From positions 682,001 through 746,000 of the forward strand of contig LSRY02000019.1 in the NCBI GenBank assembly GCA_001643675.2: a stretch of 64,000 bases of DNA, given 5' to 3'. Origin of the DNA: Monocercomonoides exilis PA203. Taxonomy: Eukaryota > Protista > Preaxostyla. The translations under genes were made by a program, and so were the position numbers. This document shows, one piece after another, positions 37,784 to 50,700 of this stretch. The notes under the pieces were generated by a model. The model did no database searches. It saw only the letters and a list, made by a program, of their open reading frames with translations, and was not told the DNA's origin. Each line of letters starts with the position of its first letter. Position 1 is the stretch's first letter.

Positions 37784-38175
37784 TGCAAAGATAACAACAA
37801 TCGATGTGATTCGAGAACCAGAACTCAAAAAGAAAAAAAAAATATTTTTTATGATAAATAATATCCTTGACACTTTTTCAAACATATCGTCTTTCACGAT
37901 TAATTGTTTAACTATTATTTTTTTAACTTCAAAAATTAAAGCTATTCAGATTATAAGATCATCCAACCAACTTATTTGATTGAGAATAAAAAAAGGTCAA
38001 AAATGGAATATTTGCATAATTTCAGAATGACATGTTATTTATTATGAGACTCAAATAAAATATAATAATGAATGCAAAAAAACAAAATTTGATCAATGCC
38101 TTTTGAATCTGTTGTAACTTTTTCTAATCCAAATGATTTTTTGTAAACTCTTTTGAATGATGTTAAAAATTTTTT

Positions 38176-39174
38176 TCATGGTAATTTTAATATGTTAAAA
38201 AATCTGGAAAGACGAGGAATAGTGTCCGGAGTTGTTTGAAAAGTATGTTCAAGAAGAGATTGAGTTAAGTTATCCAACCTGAAAAAAAAATATTAAAGAT
38301 TGATAAAACATTTAAAAAATTAATTAAGTGATATTTTTAATGAAATTTTATAAAAACAAACCACTCAACATCACTTTGACGAAGTTTCCCCTCCGCCCAT
38401 TGAGGCCGAAGTTCTTCGAATTTGTTCTCAATCATTGGCTTATAGGAAGGAGCATACTGTCCAACAACGTGCTGAAGCATTTATAAAAACGAAATGTTCA
38501 AAAATATTTTAATCAAAGAATAAAATTCATATTAACAAAGCATACATATAAAAGGGCAATTTGATGAACAACAAATTTATGCGGAGAGACTTGGTCGCTT
38601 GTATCTCTAACTTTTTGTCCAATATGTTCAGAAAGGATTAGACCTTCTTCCATGCTCGATATACTTTGAAAATACTCATTCACAGATGAATAATCACCAG
38701 ACGTTTTTGTAATACCTGCAATTAAACCGAATGGCTTTAATAAACCGAGAGATTCCAAATAATCCTTTCATTTTTTCGTTAAATAAAAATAAAAAGGAAT
38801 AAACAAAAGATGTTTTGAGGAGAAATTATAATTGTATAAAACAGAACATACTAAAGGGCTTACAGTTGGATCACACTCTGCACACAAAGAAAAAAGTTCA
38901 TCTTTCAAATGTTTTTCCAATTTCTGTGAAAACGATGTTTGATTCGCTGCACAAGATTTTATAACAATGCTCAACAAATGACATAATGTTACAATCTTTT
39001 CAACAGGTGGATAAGGTAAAATACTTGCAGAGAGAAATGTAGTGACTGTTATAATGATTTATAGATAATCATTGATGGATTAGGTTTTAAACATTTTAAA
39101 AATTTCAATTTTTTACCTTTTGGCAGTACTGCGATTTCAGGAATAATTAAAGGCTGTGATTGAAGCAGTGCCAT
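38176..39174 (-). CDS. Hypothetical multi-exon protein
   Basis: ATG 39174 'MALLQSQPLIIPEIAVLPK', ORFs 38768-38977 and 38513-38758, further exons ending 'PRLSRFFNILKLP*' at 38176. Confidence 0.55.
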
Positions 39175-39355
39175 AAACGAAAAGCAAAATAAATGAAAAA
39201 GATCAAAAATTTATAAGAAATAAATTTTCAAACAACAAACAATTATCTTTCAATTTGTTTCGTTATGGAATTGAAAAATAATATTTTAGAATGTGAATTG
39301 CCAATGGAAAATGAAAAAACAACCATAAGTTTATATATTACAAATCTTTTTCGCG

Positions 39356-41372
39356 ATGTCGATGTCTATTTTTTTCATTTCTTTATTTATAATTGATCTA
39401 ATAGACTCAAAATTGTTATCTGTAACTGTTTTTGTTCGACATGGTATTATTTTGGTCATTTAACGTCTTTTTTTATTTTTTGTTGGAAATATTTTTTAAT
39501 ATTAAGGCGATAGAGGTCCTTTGATCATGATTCCTGTATGTTCTCATGAAAAAAGATTTTATTCACATAATTTCAACTCGATATTTAACTATTTTTTAGG
39601 ACATGCCCAAAGGCACAAATCCTGGAATGCTCACAACAGCCGGAATGAAACAGCACAAAACACTTGGGGAAACAATCAGAAAGCACTATAAAACAGTTGA
39701 GGGATTTTTACCAGAGAAATATGATGAAAATGATTTGTATGTTAGAACTTCAAATTACGATAGATGCCTTCTTTCTTCTTGGTCACATATTGCTGGGCTT
39801 TATGCAAATGGAGCTGAAGAAGATGGAATGTTTGCAATCCCTATTCAGGCAGAAAAGCAAGATGACGAGTATTATTTGAGAGCATTCGACATTTGGTATA
39901 ACCGTTCATTCTTATAATGAAATTGTTGAGTATTTTTAAATATGAATTCAAGTGGTGGATGTTTAGATCAATATGACGAATATAAGAAATCGGATTCCTT
40001 CAAGAAATTGGTTGAGAAAATGAAACCTACGTTTGACACGCTTTCAGATTTACTCAAAGTGAAAGTTGATGAAACAAACATGGCCAATATACAAGATTCT
40101 CTCACAGTTAAGATGTTAAAGAAGTAAGACAGGAAATATATTTCATCATTTTATTTTTCCATTTTAAAAATTTCTCCGTTATTTTTCAGGGGACTTAGTG
40201 ACGAAGAAAAAAAAGGAAGAGAAGAGTTAATAAAGGCTAACCATGAAAGTTTGAACTCATTCAGAAAATATTCAAAATAAATGTTACTTTCCAAATATGT
40301 TTTCTCTCTTTCAAATGAATTTCTTCTTCTTTTTTGTACAATTTTTTTTGATGCATACTATTATTCACAGCTCGTTTGCATTATTTTAATGTTGATGACA
40401 GAAATTGGCTTAAGGCATCAAATGGCCTAATATTGCATGAGGTCTGAAGTTACTGAAAATGTTTTTTTTCCTATTAATTTAACATATGCTTTCTCTGGAA
40501 TCTTCAATTCCCGGACTGTTTCTTTCTTAAATAATTATTTTTTTCTATTTCAATTTCTATTTCCATTGCTATTTCTTTTCTTTTCTTATGTTGGAAACAA
40601 ATAGTTATTTGTTCTCAATGCGAATGCAGACCTTAAAGCGCCTTCTTCGTCTTCCAATCAAAACACCGAAGCCAACAGCAACACAAGCAGATCCTCATAT
40701 CCCTCCAAGACATCACACTACAAGAGAGCCCAAGCAGAAGCCCCGCATTCAGGGCGCCGCCGCTATCGCCTGTACTCTGCACACGACTCCACAGTCTATT
40801 CAATGTTGCATACATTTGGAATAGATGTGCCTGACTTTCCGTATTATGCTGCTGCGCTCATCCTCGAACTCCACGACGGGAAGCCTGAAGAAGAACAGAA
40901 TGGAAATGGGGATGTGAATAACACCAGAAGCACAGAAAATTTAGGAGGGCAAGAAGCATTTAGTACCGCAAATGAAGCACCGTATGTCAAATTCTTTTAC
41001 CAGAAAGAGGAAGAAGAGGCTCGCAAGGGCAATCTGTGGGATCAGTTTGCTCCATCGTTCTGCTCAAACAAGAACTGCCCTCTTGACGAGATTGTGCGGA
41101 ACTTTTCTGATGTTTTTATTGATCCTGCAACAACTGGGAACGAAGCTCATCCGCTGCACAATTACATCAAAGACATCTGCCGGCCGAGAAAGAGGCAATT
41201 TCTTCCTCTTGAGAAGCAAATTGTGAAAAACACAGAGCCAAAAAGGAAGCTGGATACGGCCTCAATTATTCTTGGAGCTGTTTCTGGTTTATTTATTATA
41301 TTGACATGTGTCTTTGCTATTTCCTGCCACATTCATATTAAAAAATTATCGAAACGTATGCAACTATTGTGA
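39356..41372 (+). CDS. Histidine acid phosphatase (lysosomal/type I membrane)
   Basis: Signal peptide; 'FVRHG|DRGP' catalytic motif split by an intron; 'LTTAGMKQH..LG', 'VRTSNYDRCLLS', 'YSAHDSTV'; C-terminal TM helix and short tail. Confidence 0.9.
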
Positions 41373-41731
41373 TTATTTTTTTATATAATTCTTGTAATCT
41401 TTCATTTTTAAAAAACGATTTGCATGTCAACAAACATATTTTCTTTTCGATTTGAATGACCATGCAATTTATTTTTTTGAATTTTCTATTTCTATATTTT
41501 ATGATATCTGATTACAGGTTCTGAAGGCTATGAGAGTCTTTTGAAATCGTGAAAATAATTTTTAAGTGAATTCTTTCTTCTGTCTGAGCGTATAAAAGAT
41601 TCTTATTTATATTCTTTCATATCAGGCATATCACAAATTATCCATATTTTTTGTTTGGACGCATGCATTTTTTTACGAATTCAATCATCAAATGATAAAA
41701 TGGGCACGATCTAAGCGTTGAAATTGTCAAA

Positions 41732-44700
41732 ATGTTTTCTAACAAAATTGAAGATGCAACGTTAAATAAGACACTTACAGATCGAACAAGCGCGCAAATA
41801 TGCAATCCATCTTGCGGTACAAATAATATTTTAAAAATTTTATGACTTCAACTTTTCATTATTTATGAATTGTGCTTTTTGATTCACAACAGTTAAACAA
41901 ACGCCTGAATCCCTAATGATTGAAGAATTGCAATTTCCCCCAGATGAACTTCGCAGATCTTTACCATCAAGGCCTTCTGTTCTCAACAAAAAAGTTAAAA
42001 CATTAGATATGGGGAAAATGAAAAAAATAGAAGGCTATAAACCTTATCGTCAACCATTGCCTCAACTTCTGAAAGAAGGGCAACATCTGACAGCAAAAGA
42101 TGGAATTATTCCATCTTATATTCAACCAGCACTACCATCATTACTTTCTCCTTCTGCTTATCTTGATTTTCCTCAATCAGACGAAATGACATCATCAGTT
42201 CCAACTCCAAGAGGATTTTCTACCCCACGAGAAACATCTGTAAAAACATTAAATTCCATTGCTAACACAACCGTTCATCCTTCGTTATCAAAAACAAGAG
42301 GATATGAAGAAAATGGATTTAATTCAGAAGAAAATTTAAAGTATTCACTTCAGCCTCATAACTCAAGAACTGATATTTTTTTAGAAGCCTCTTCAACGAC
42401 GAATCGCGAGCAAGAAAATTCTTCAATAAAAGAAGGTTGTTCGAACATTGCTCAGGATGAAGAAATTAATACATTTTCAAACAGTTCTGTTTCTCCACCT
42501 CCAAATGCAGTTTCAGATTTCATGCATCCAGTTTCGGCTCCATCATCATCTCGTCGTAACAACATGTCTTCTCAGTCTTCACTGAAACCACAAGACGCAA
42601 ACCAACTTAGGATTGAAGATTCGAGCAATCATCTTTTGTCTTCAGCATCAACATCAACATTAAACGAACTTGCACAAAAAGAAACGTCGATGATTGCCCC
42701 ACAACCATCTGATCATTCACCACCACCTCTGACCCCTTCTTCAATTGCAGATGGAAGAGCAGAAATACAGATTCGTGAAGATGATGAATACGATGTTGAA
42801 GACGAGGAAGCAGAGAAAAAGTTCATAAGTCAAGAAGATAACAACGAACAAGATGAATCAAATGAAGCAGAAGAACAAGCAGAATATTCTGAACAAAGAA
42901 AACAAAGAAAGCAGAAATCAAAGAAAACACCAAAATCCAGACCTCGCCCAAAGGGACAGGCACAACAAGATAACCTCAACAAAGCATCGAGAGAAAACAG
43001 AGTCAAACGCTCAGAAAAATCAGATGTTCTTCGTTCCCGTTCCACCGAGCGCTCCAAAAATCACCCAAGTTTTTCTTCCTCAACGACATCTGCCTTCAAT
43101 GGTGGTGCCACTTCTCTCAATCAGCTTGCCTTCGACGACATCCTCGTCGCCATTTGCACAGGAAATGTGAGTCTTCCTTTGGAGTCGTTTGTTATGGCAG
43201 CGCGCCGCGAGGCTGACAGGAAAATGGGAAAGAAAAGCGGACTTTTCACAACTTCTGCTGCGTCTGCTGGCGCAACGTCGTTTTCAGCTGCATCTTCTCG
43301 AATACCCTTTGCAGGTGCTTCTCCGCTGGCTGGCATAACTTCTGGTGCGATTACGCCGCTGACTGCAAGACAATCTGTGAATGCTAAAGGCGTTCCCTCA
43401 CTTTCTTCTTCGAGGCTGCCATCGCTCCATTCATCAGGCGCTGTCACATCGCGCTCAATGGTACAGGGAAGCACACAGCGATCAGCCAAAGGAGCAGACG
43501 GCTCAATGACCACGCGTTCTTTTGTGCCGTCGCTTGGAAGGCAGGTGAAGCAGATGTACAGAACGAAAGAGCCGTGGAGTGGAAGCAGAGCGGTGGGAAG
43601 GGCAGGGAAGAGCAAAGATGAGGAGTACAACGTGTGGGACCACTATCTGTGGAGCAGGAGCATGCACCAGTCGGCGGTGGAGAACGAGATGATGCTGAAG
43701 AAGCTGATGCCGCATGCGAGAGAGAATGTGGTGGAAGAGTTTGACAAGAAGCTAAAGCGGATGTCTGTTGAGTTTCCGTTCATGGAGAATGCCTCAGAGA
43801 CGATGAGCCGCGCACAGACGCTTGCTGCGAAAGGCGAGGCATCGCTGCACGCCACAAAGGAGATCAGAGAGAAAGAGCTGACGACTTTGCCGAGTGTGGC
43901 AGAAAGCGGAGACGAGCCAGTTGTTGACAGAACAGTCACAACACTTAGCTCGCTGATGAATGCCGATGGAGGAGAGGAGAAAAGCCAGACGGAGCGTTGG
44001 GAGCCGAACCAGTCCATTTTGAAGCACTTTAATCTTCCCGAAAAGGAGCTGACAGAGCATTGGAGGCGAAGTGGAACAGAAGATGGGTCTCAGACGCAGA
44101 AGGACATTGAAAGAGAGAAAGCGAAAGAGCGAGAAAAACTAGAAGCTGAACTGAAGGAGCGTGAAGGCAGGCTTCAGATGCTGGCAGACGAGGCTGAAGA
44201 GAAAGAGAAAAGCAAACGAGAAAAGGAAGCGAAGGAGAAAGAGGCAAAAGAACAGACGAATGCTGTGTCGCCTCTGATGATCCAGTCGTCTGTTCCGACA
44301 GCATTCACACCATTGTTTAATGTGACACCAGCCATCACGTCAATGACAGGAATTACGCCAAGTGGAGGATTGGATGGGTGCGCTGACAGCAGTTTAATTG
44401 AGCAGGAAAAAGCGAAAGAGCTAGAAAGATATTTGGGAGGAGCAGAGGAAGATGCAGACGACGATGAGACAGCAGAAGAGAAAGAAGAGAAGCGAAAGCG
44501 AACACTTATAACACATCTTACCCCATTTACGAACAAATCAGATTCAGCCACGCCTTCTTTGCAAGTTCCAAGTGGAGAATCACCGATGGGTGTTCAAGGC
44601 AACATTAGTGAACAAGAAAAGCGGATGCAGTCGAATGACGCCTCTGGCAAGTCAGTGCGGAGCGATGTTCGCTCGCCCATCTCTCCTCCTTCGCAATCAA

Positions 44701-47376
44701 ATCCGCAATCGTTTTCAGAATCGCCGACAAGCAACACGCCATTTCAAATGCTTAGAACACAACTGGGCTCAGCCACTTCCACAACAGGGAGCTTGATTCC
44801 TTCTTCGTCTTTTTCTCAAAAGAGGAAGAGGAAGAACGAGCTGGATTGGATGTTATATCTGCACAATGTGATGAAGGAAGACGCTGAGCAGAGCTATTCA
44901 ATCAACTACGACTATTTTGGGCGCAAAAAGAAAGAGACAAAAACGAATTATCCAAACAATAACGAAGCCAACAACGAAAAGCAGGCAGCAGAAAAGCATT
45001 CAGATAGACACACGGGAAGTTCGGACTCTATCAGAAGGAGGAAGAACAAAGAACACAATGACGAGGACTCGACAAGCGAGGCTGACGTGACGCTCAACGA
45101 AACCAGCCGAGAAAGAAAGAGCGAGCAGCATTCGGGTGCTTCTTCTCCTCTGCGCAAAACAGCAGACAAACAGACACGAAGCAAAAATGTGGAGACTCAC
45201 AGCGAAGAAGTACAGAATAACGAAGGAAACACGCAAAATGCTGAGCAAAGCGAGGGAAAAGGAACAGAAGAGCCACAAAGAACACCAAGAGTTGGAGAAA
45301 AGCCTCAAATACACTTTGAGCGGAAGCCTTCTGCTTACAAAGGGAATCTAGCAGACCGGAGAATACGAAAGCGCTTGTCAACAGACGTTTCTCAGTTTTT
45401 GAATGAAGAGTCGCAAATCGTGTCGGCAGGAGAATTTTACACACATCCATCGTCTTCTTTTGCTTTTGACCCGAATTCGTCGAAGTCGTCCTCTTCGTAT
45501 TTTAAGGGCCATGCTTTTCCTCAGCCGCCATCCACACCGCCAGCATCACGCCAGGCGAAGATTATGAAAAGAGAGCGAGAATTCCTGTTTGGTAGCGGCA
45601 GTTCACCAGAAAGAGAAGGAGAAACAGGTTTGAATGGACAAGGAAGCGGAAGTTTGACTGAAAGAATGTTCAGTTTGCCGAGCGACAGGTCAACAGGCGA
45701 ACAAACTCAACGAGGCAAAAGAAGAGAAAAGACGAGAACAAGCTTGGAAGAACTGACGGCTCGTTCGTTGCGCTCAAGAACTGCTCCATCGATGCATGCG
45801 TTCCTCCCTCCATTGTTCACTGTAGACGACACAAAGGAGAAATACGGCAGTTCTTCTGAAACACCCAATTCTTCTTCTGATGTTGATTCCATTTCACCAC
45901 CTCCACTTCAATCAAAATCCTCTATCATTTCATCTGATCCTATCAGCCAACTGATATTTATTCCATCTATTTTCCCAACTTCACCCACACCAATGCCCGA
46001 TTCTCCATTTGAAGAGGAGAAAGAAGAGAAAGAAGAGAAAGATGAGCAGCAACCAACGTTCACACCAAGTGTCCCTCGTTCATCTCAGCCTGCTGTCCCA
46101 TCATCGCTCTCAACTTCTGAATCCACACAGATCCAGCGGCCCACCCCTCGCACTGTTGCCCGCCGCACTGGAAACGGCGCAGGCACCATCGCATCGCTCT
46201 TCTCTGCAAATGCGCTCGAACACGCCAGCGGGGCAACTTTCTCTGGCGTACCGCATCCATTGTCGAGGCGTCGTGTCTACCAGCCGCCGTCGCCTGAGGA
46301 GACGTCTACCACATTTGCTCGTTATGCCTCGCTTGTGTCGATGGAGCCACCGGTGGCGACTTTGGACGAGCTGATGGAGATACACACAGACGAAGACACA
46401 GCACAGCTGAGGAAGCTGTATGAAGAATCAATTAAACTCGATGAAGAGGAGGAGAAGAGGAAGAAAGAAGAAGAAAAGAGAAGGAAAATGGAAGAAGAGA
46501 AAGAAAAAGCTGAATGGCGCGTGGGAGACGAAATAGAAAACAATGAAGAAGAAGAGGAGGAAGAGGAAGAGGAAGAAGAAAACGATTCAGAGCAGAATGA
46601 GAAAGAAAGAGTGTTTGAGCCTGATGTTGTGCTCGATCCGGTTGCAGAAGAATACTTCCAGAAGCATTCGCCAAAACCGCCTATGCAGCCGATCGTCCCC
46701 AGAAACAGGTTTTCGAGGACTTCTGCTTCAGCTACAAGAGCAGTCTCATCTTCTCGAACAACACGTACACGAGCCACGGCACTTGGCATTCCTGGAATGA
46801 CAGGGATTTCAAATGGAAGAAACGGCAGCACACTGAACGGCACCAGGAGCAGATCTGCGAACGGGATTGGGCTATTTGGAAGCGATAGCCGTTCAGGCAG
46901 CGCGACACCTAATCTAATCTCAAAAGGGAAGACAATTACAAGGAGGCAGATGAAGAGAGAAAAACCATCGTTCACTGTCACAGATCTGATGGGAATGGCT
47001 TTGGAAGAAGAGAATGAGGAACTGCTGACAAAAGAAGAGAAAGAAAAGAAGAAGAAGAAAAACAATTTTATTTTGGAGGAATTGAAGTTGGCTTCATCAA
47101 TTCGTCCGCTTTTATCGTATGATCATTTTTTTATAATTATCGTACCTATTTTTTAAAATCATTCTTTTTTGAACATTCTTATTATCAATTTGATGAAAAT
47201 TTATAATGTTTATTTTCATGTATTTTTCATCATCAACTAGATTTTTGCACGAACGAGAAGAGCCTTTCCCTGCTTTCTTGCTCAGAATGATACCAAACCA
47301 TCCATTCCTAATTCGCGTGTGGAAAACTTACGAATCAATTCCGCCTTACCCGCCTCCTGTTTCCTATCCTGCGTAA
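41732..47376 (+). CDS. Large low-complexity hypothetical protein (~1800 aa)
   Basis: 1746-aa ORF with in-frame short first exon (ATG 41732) and last exon (47241-47376). Ser/Glu/Pro-rich with coiled-coil patches; no recognisable domain. Confidence 0.7.
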
Positions 47377-47794
47377 CAATGCTTATTTGTGTGTTGTTAT
47401 GCGAACAAAAGATTCATTCGGAAATATTCTTGATGCTGATTAATCTTTGTAACTGAAAATTTACTGATAAAGTGGTACACACACTTCAGCCATTTTTATT
47501 GAATTGATTTATTTCCTTTTCAGTTTATGTAATTATGTATTAATCAAATTTGTTTTTACAATTTATGTTAAAAGAAACCGAAAGCTGCAAAATAAGAATT
47601 TCTGTTTATTCTCTATAATTTCCTTTAAAGCAAAATACTTAAACAAAAAGCTTTTCCCAGAACTCTAACAAAAAGTGGGTATTGAAATATAAGACTTGAC
47701 GTTATAAATGAAGTGCAAATGTAATACATAAACGAAAAGCCTCAACTTTTTATTGAAACAAAGATAAATATTATAAAAGAAAGCTCAAAACTCT

Positions 47795-50700
47795 TCAAAC
47801 GTCCTTTTGCAGTTCATTTTCATTTTGAGATTGCTCATTGGCTTGCGACTCAACCCCAGACTTCTCTTCCACTTTCATTGCTTCTCCAATGTGTTGCTTC
47901 GATGCTGACGCATCTTCAACAACTTCTTCTCCCTTTTCAATTTTCTTTGAAGTTGGATCACTGTTTTTGATTTCTACCTCATTTTCTTGCTTTTCTACCA
48001 CATGCTTGTTTTTCGCAATTGGAATTCTCTTCATTCTTGTTTTTTTCATCTTCCGAAAGCTGTCCTTCAATTTGTTTCTCTTTTTATTGGTTGCAACCAG
48101 CTCATCGTCCGAAAAGCACCCAGACAAATCCGACAGCTGTGCCAGTGTCAGAGCACGAAACGGCTGAACAGAAAACATCGAGTTGTGTGTTTGGTCTGCC
48201 GAAGATGAAAATGACGGAGTACCAGAAAGTGGTGTTCCTTGCACATTTAATTGAGGCTGTTGCTTCCGTCCGAGTAGAAGTGCAACGCCATCATAGTCTG
48301 CTGTGTTTTTTGAGTCAGACAGAAAATCATCGCCTTCAAAAGCACTCAATGAAAGAGAAGCTGACAGCGACTCTTTTCCTCGCGTTTCGTGCCTGTTGAA
48401 CATCATCAGGTTCCGAATTCGGACTCCAATGTTCTTTCTGTCCAGATACATTTTTCGTTCAGGAGCTTCCACGCTAAATTCCGTTTCATCGCTTTTTGCA
48501 GGTGCAGATTGATTGGAGCTGTCGTCTTTTTCTTGTTTGAGTGATTCATTTAACGAATGAACGAAAGAAATAAAGTTTGCATTTTGCTGAGCATTTGAGT
48601 CACTTTCGACTGTTGATTCTTTTAAATGAAGAGCTATTGCTGAATCAAGAGATGGCTTTTTAAACATCTGAGCTGACGAATCCTTTGGAACATTCTCAGA
48701 TTCTGAACTATGCTTTGCTGAATGCTCTGCTGAGCTGATTCCAGTCTGAGCAAACAAAGAATTGCTTTCCATTGTAAATGAGTGAGGAGACGAAAACGGT
48801 TCGCTTTCACCTATTCCTATTGAACGCGAAGAACTAGAAAAGAGATACGGAATCTGCGACAGTACATCAGATTCACCCAGTTGTTCAAAGTCATCACGCT
48901 CCCAAGTTCCTCCTCTTTCTGTTTCTGCACCGTCATCGCGAGAAGTCTTGCTGTATTTCTTCCATTTCCATCCATATCCCCTGTTCCTCAGATAGCGATT
49001 CCTTCTCTTCCACAACCGGCCAAACACCCCGAGACGTCTGTGTTGAGACAAAACAGCATGACTATAAGGGATATATTGAACATGAGTGGTTGCATGGCCA
49101 TTTCTATGTGCATGTGAGTGCTGGTAATATCTGTGCGGGACAAGAGGCAACATCAAATGATCATCTGTTGGTGATGCTTGCTGTGAATCTTTCGTTAAAA
49201 TGACCTCAGAATGCGTCAATAGCGACTCTACATTTTCGTCGTCTGCACTGTGGCTGGTGCACACAGGAGTGACTGAAGGAGAAGCACTGGGTGTGCAATT
49301 CGGAGGGTTGACATCTGTAATTGGACCGACATCTTCTTGGATGGTCTGAATGTGACTCGCAACAGCCGCTGTGATAGGCGGAGACGGTGAAAGAGCAGTG
49401 GGAGAGGAGAGAGAGGACTCCAGAAATACAGGAACAGAAGGAGGATAACGCAGGACAAGCTCATAAGACTGAGAGGAAGACTGATGAGACTTAGCATCTA
49501 CCGTTGTTGGGTTCGGTGGAGTGAATGAGGAACGCTGAATGATTGCAGCTGTTGTTGTACCAGACGACGAAGAAGACGAACTTGAAGCAGAAGCAGAAGA
49601 AGAAGATGACGAAGACGCTGGATTAGTAGAAGAAGCAGAAGGATCAGCAGATGCTGTCGAAGTTGGATCTGCTTGGATGAAGCGATTTGGTGAGTGCAAT
49701 GCTGTGAATTGCTGTTTGCTCAAATCTCTCCCTGTTGGAGGCTCATCCACAGTCGCAGCAGACTGCTTGCTATGAAGCGCATTCAATGAATCTTCGCAAT
49801 GTCTCAGTGCAAAAAAGCCCTCAGACACACCCAGAGAGCGATCTCTGCGCAAGCGAGAATGCTTTGATACAGTTTGTCCATCGGTTAGCAAAATTCTTTG
49901 AGATTTCATCTGTGACCTTGGCTTAATAGTGGCAATAGGTGTGGATGTAACCTTTGTTGCTTTTTCGTTATTATCCTTTGGAGCGATGTTGTGCTCTTGT
50001 TTTCTGTTGGTAAGCGGTAATTGGAGTTGTGGGGAGAATAGAATTGGAATTGCAGTGTTAACATCCGCCTGATAGAAGGAATGCACTCTCTCATTTTCAT
50101 TTGCAGGGGCAGTTGTGGTGTGACCAGCATTGACATGGCTGAGTGGAGTGGAAAGAAGTGTGGAATTGGCAGCAGAACTTGTGGTGAATGAAGTGGATGA
50201 TGGAAGCGTGGAAGAGCTGGCGTCAATGTATGGAGACGAAAGAGGAGACGAAATCGAAGAAGAAGAAGAAGAAGGGAAGATTGAGCTAAATGGAAAAGAA
50301 CGATGAAGCTGGAATGCAGACTTTGGTGAAGATTTTGGAAGAGGAGGCGAAGAAGATGATGAAGTGGCCAAAAGAGAAGAATGCCCCGAATAGGCAGAAT
50401 AAGGCTGGAATTTGTAGACCGTACGTGCTCTGGGTGTCATTTGCTGTGTCTTTGTCTTCTCTAAGTGAGAGAAAGACTGAGCATCATCCGCATGTCTGTA
50501 CACAGATGCTGCTAATTTGTGCTCTCCTGGTGCGAATCGAGTGTCAGAGCTGATGTTTGTGGAGGTTGTTGCTGCGTCCGCAGCAGATGTTCCGATGAAG
50601 CCTTTGGATGTTGTGGCTGTCACTACAGACGTGCGGGTGGATGGTATCTCAGCTGGTAATGTTGCTGTAACAGTCGCAACTCCATTCTGTCTCTCGCTGC

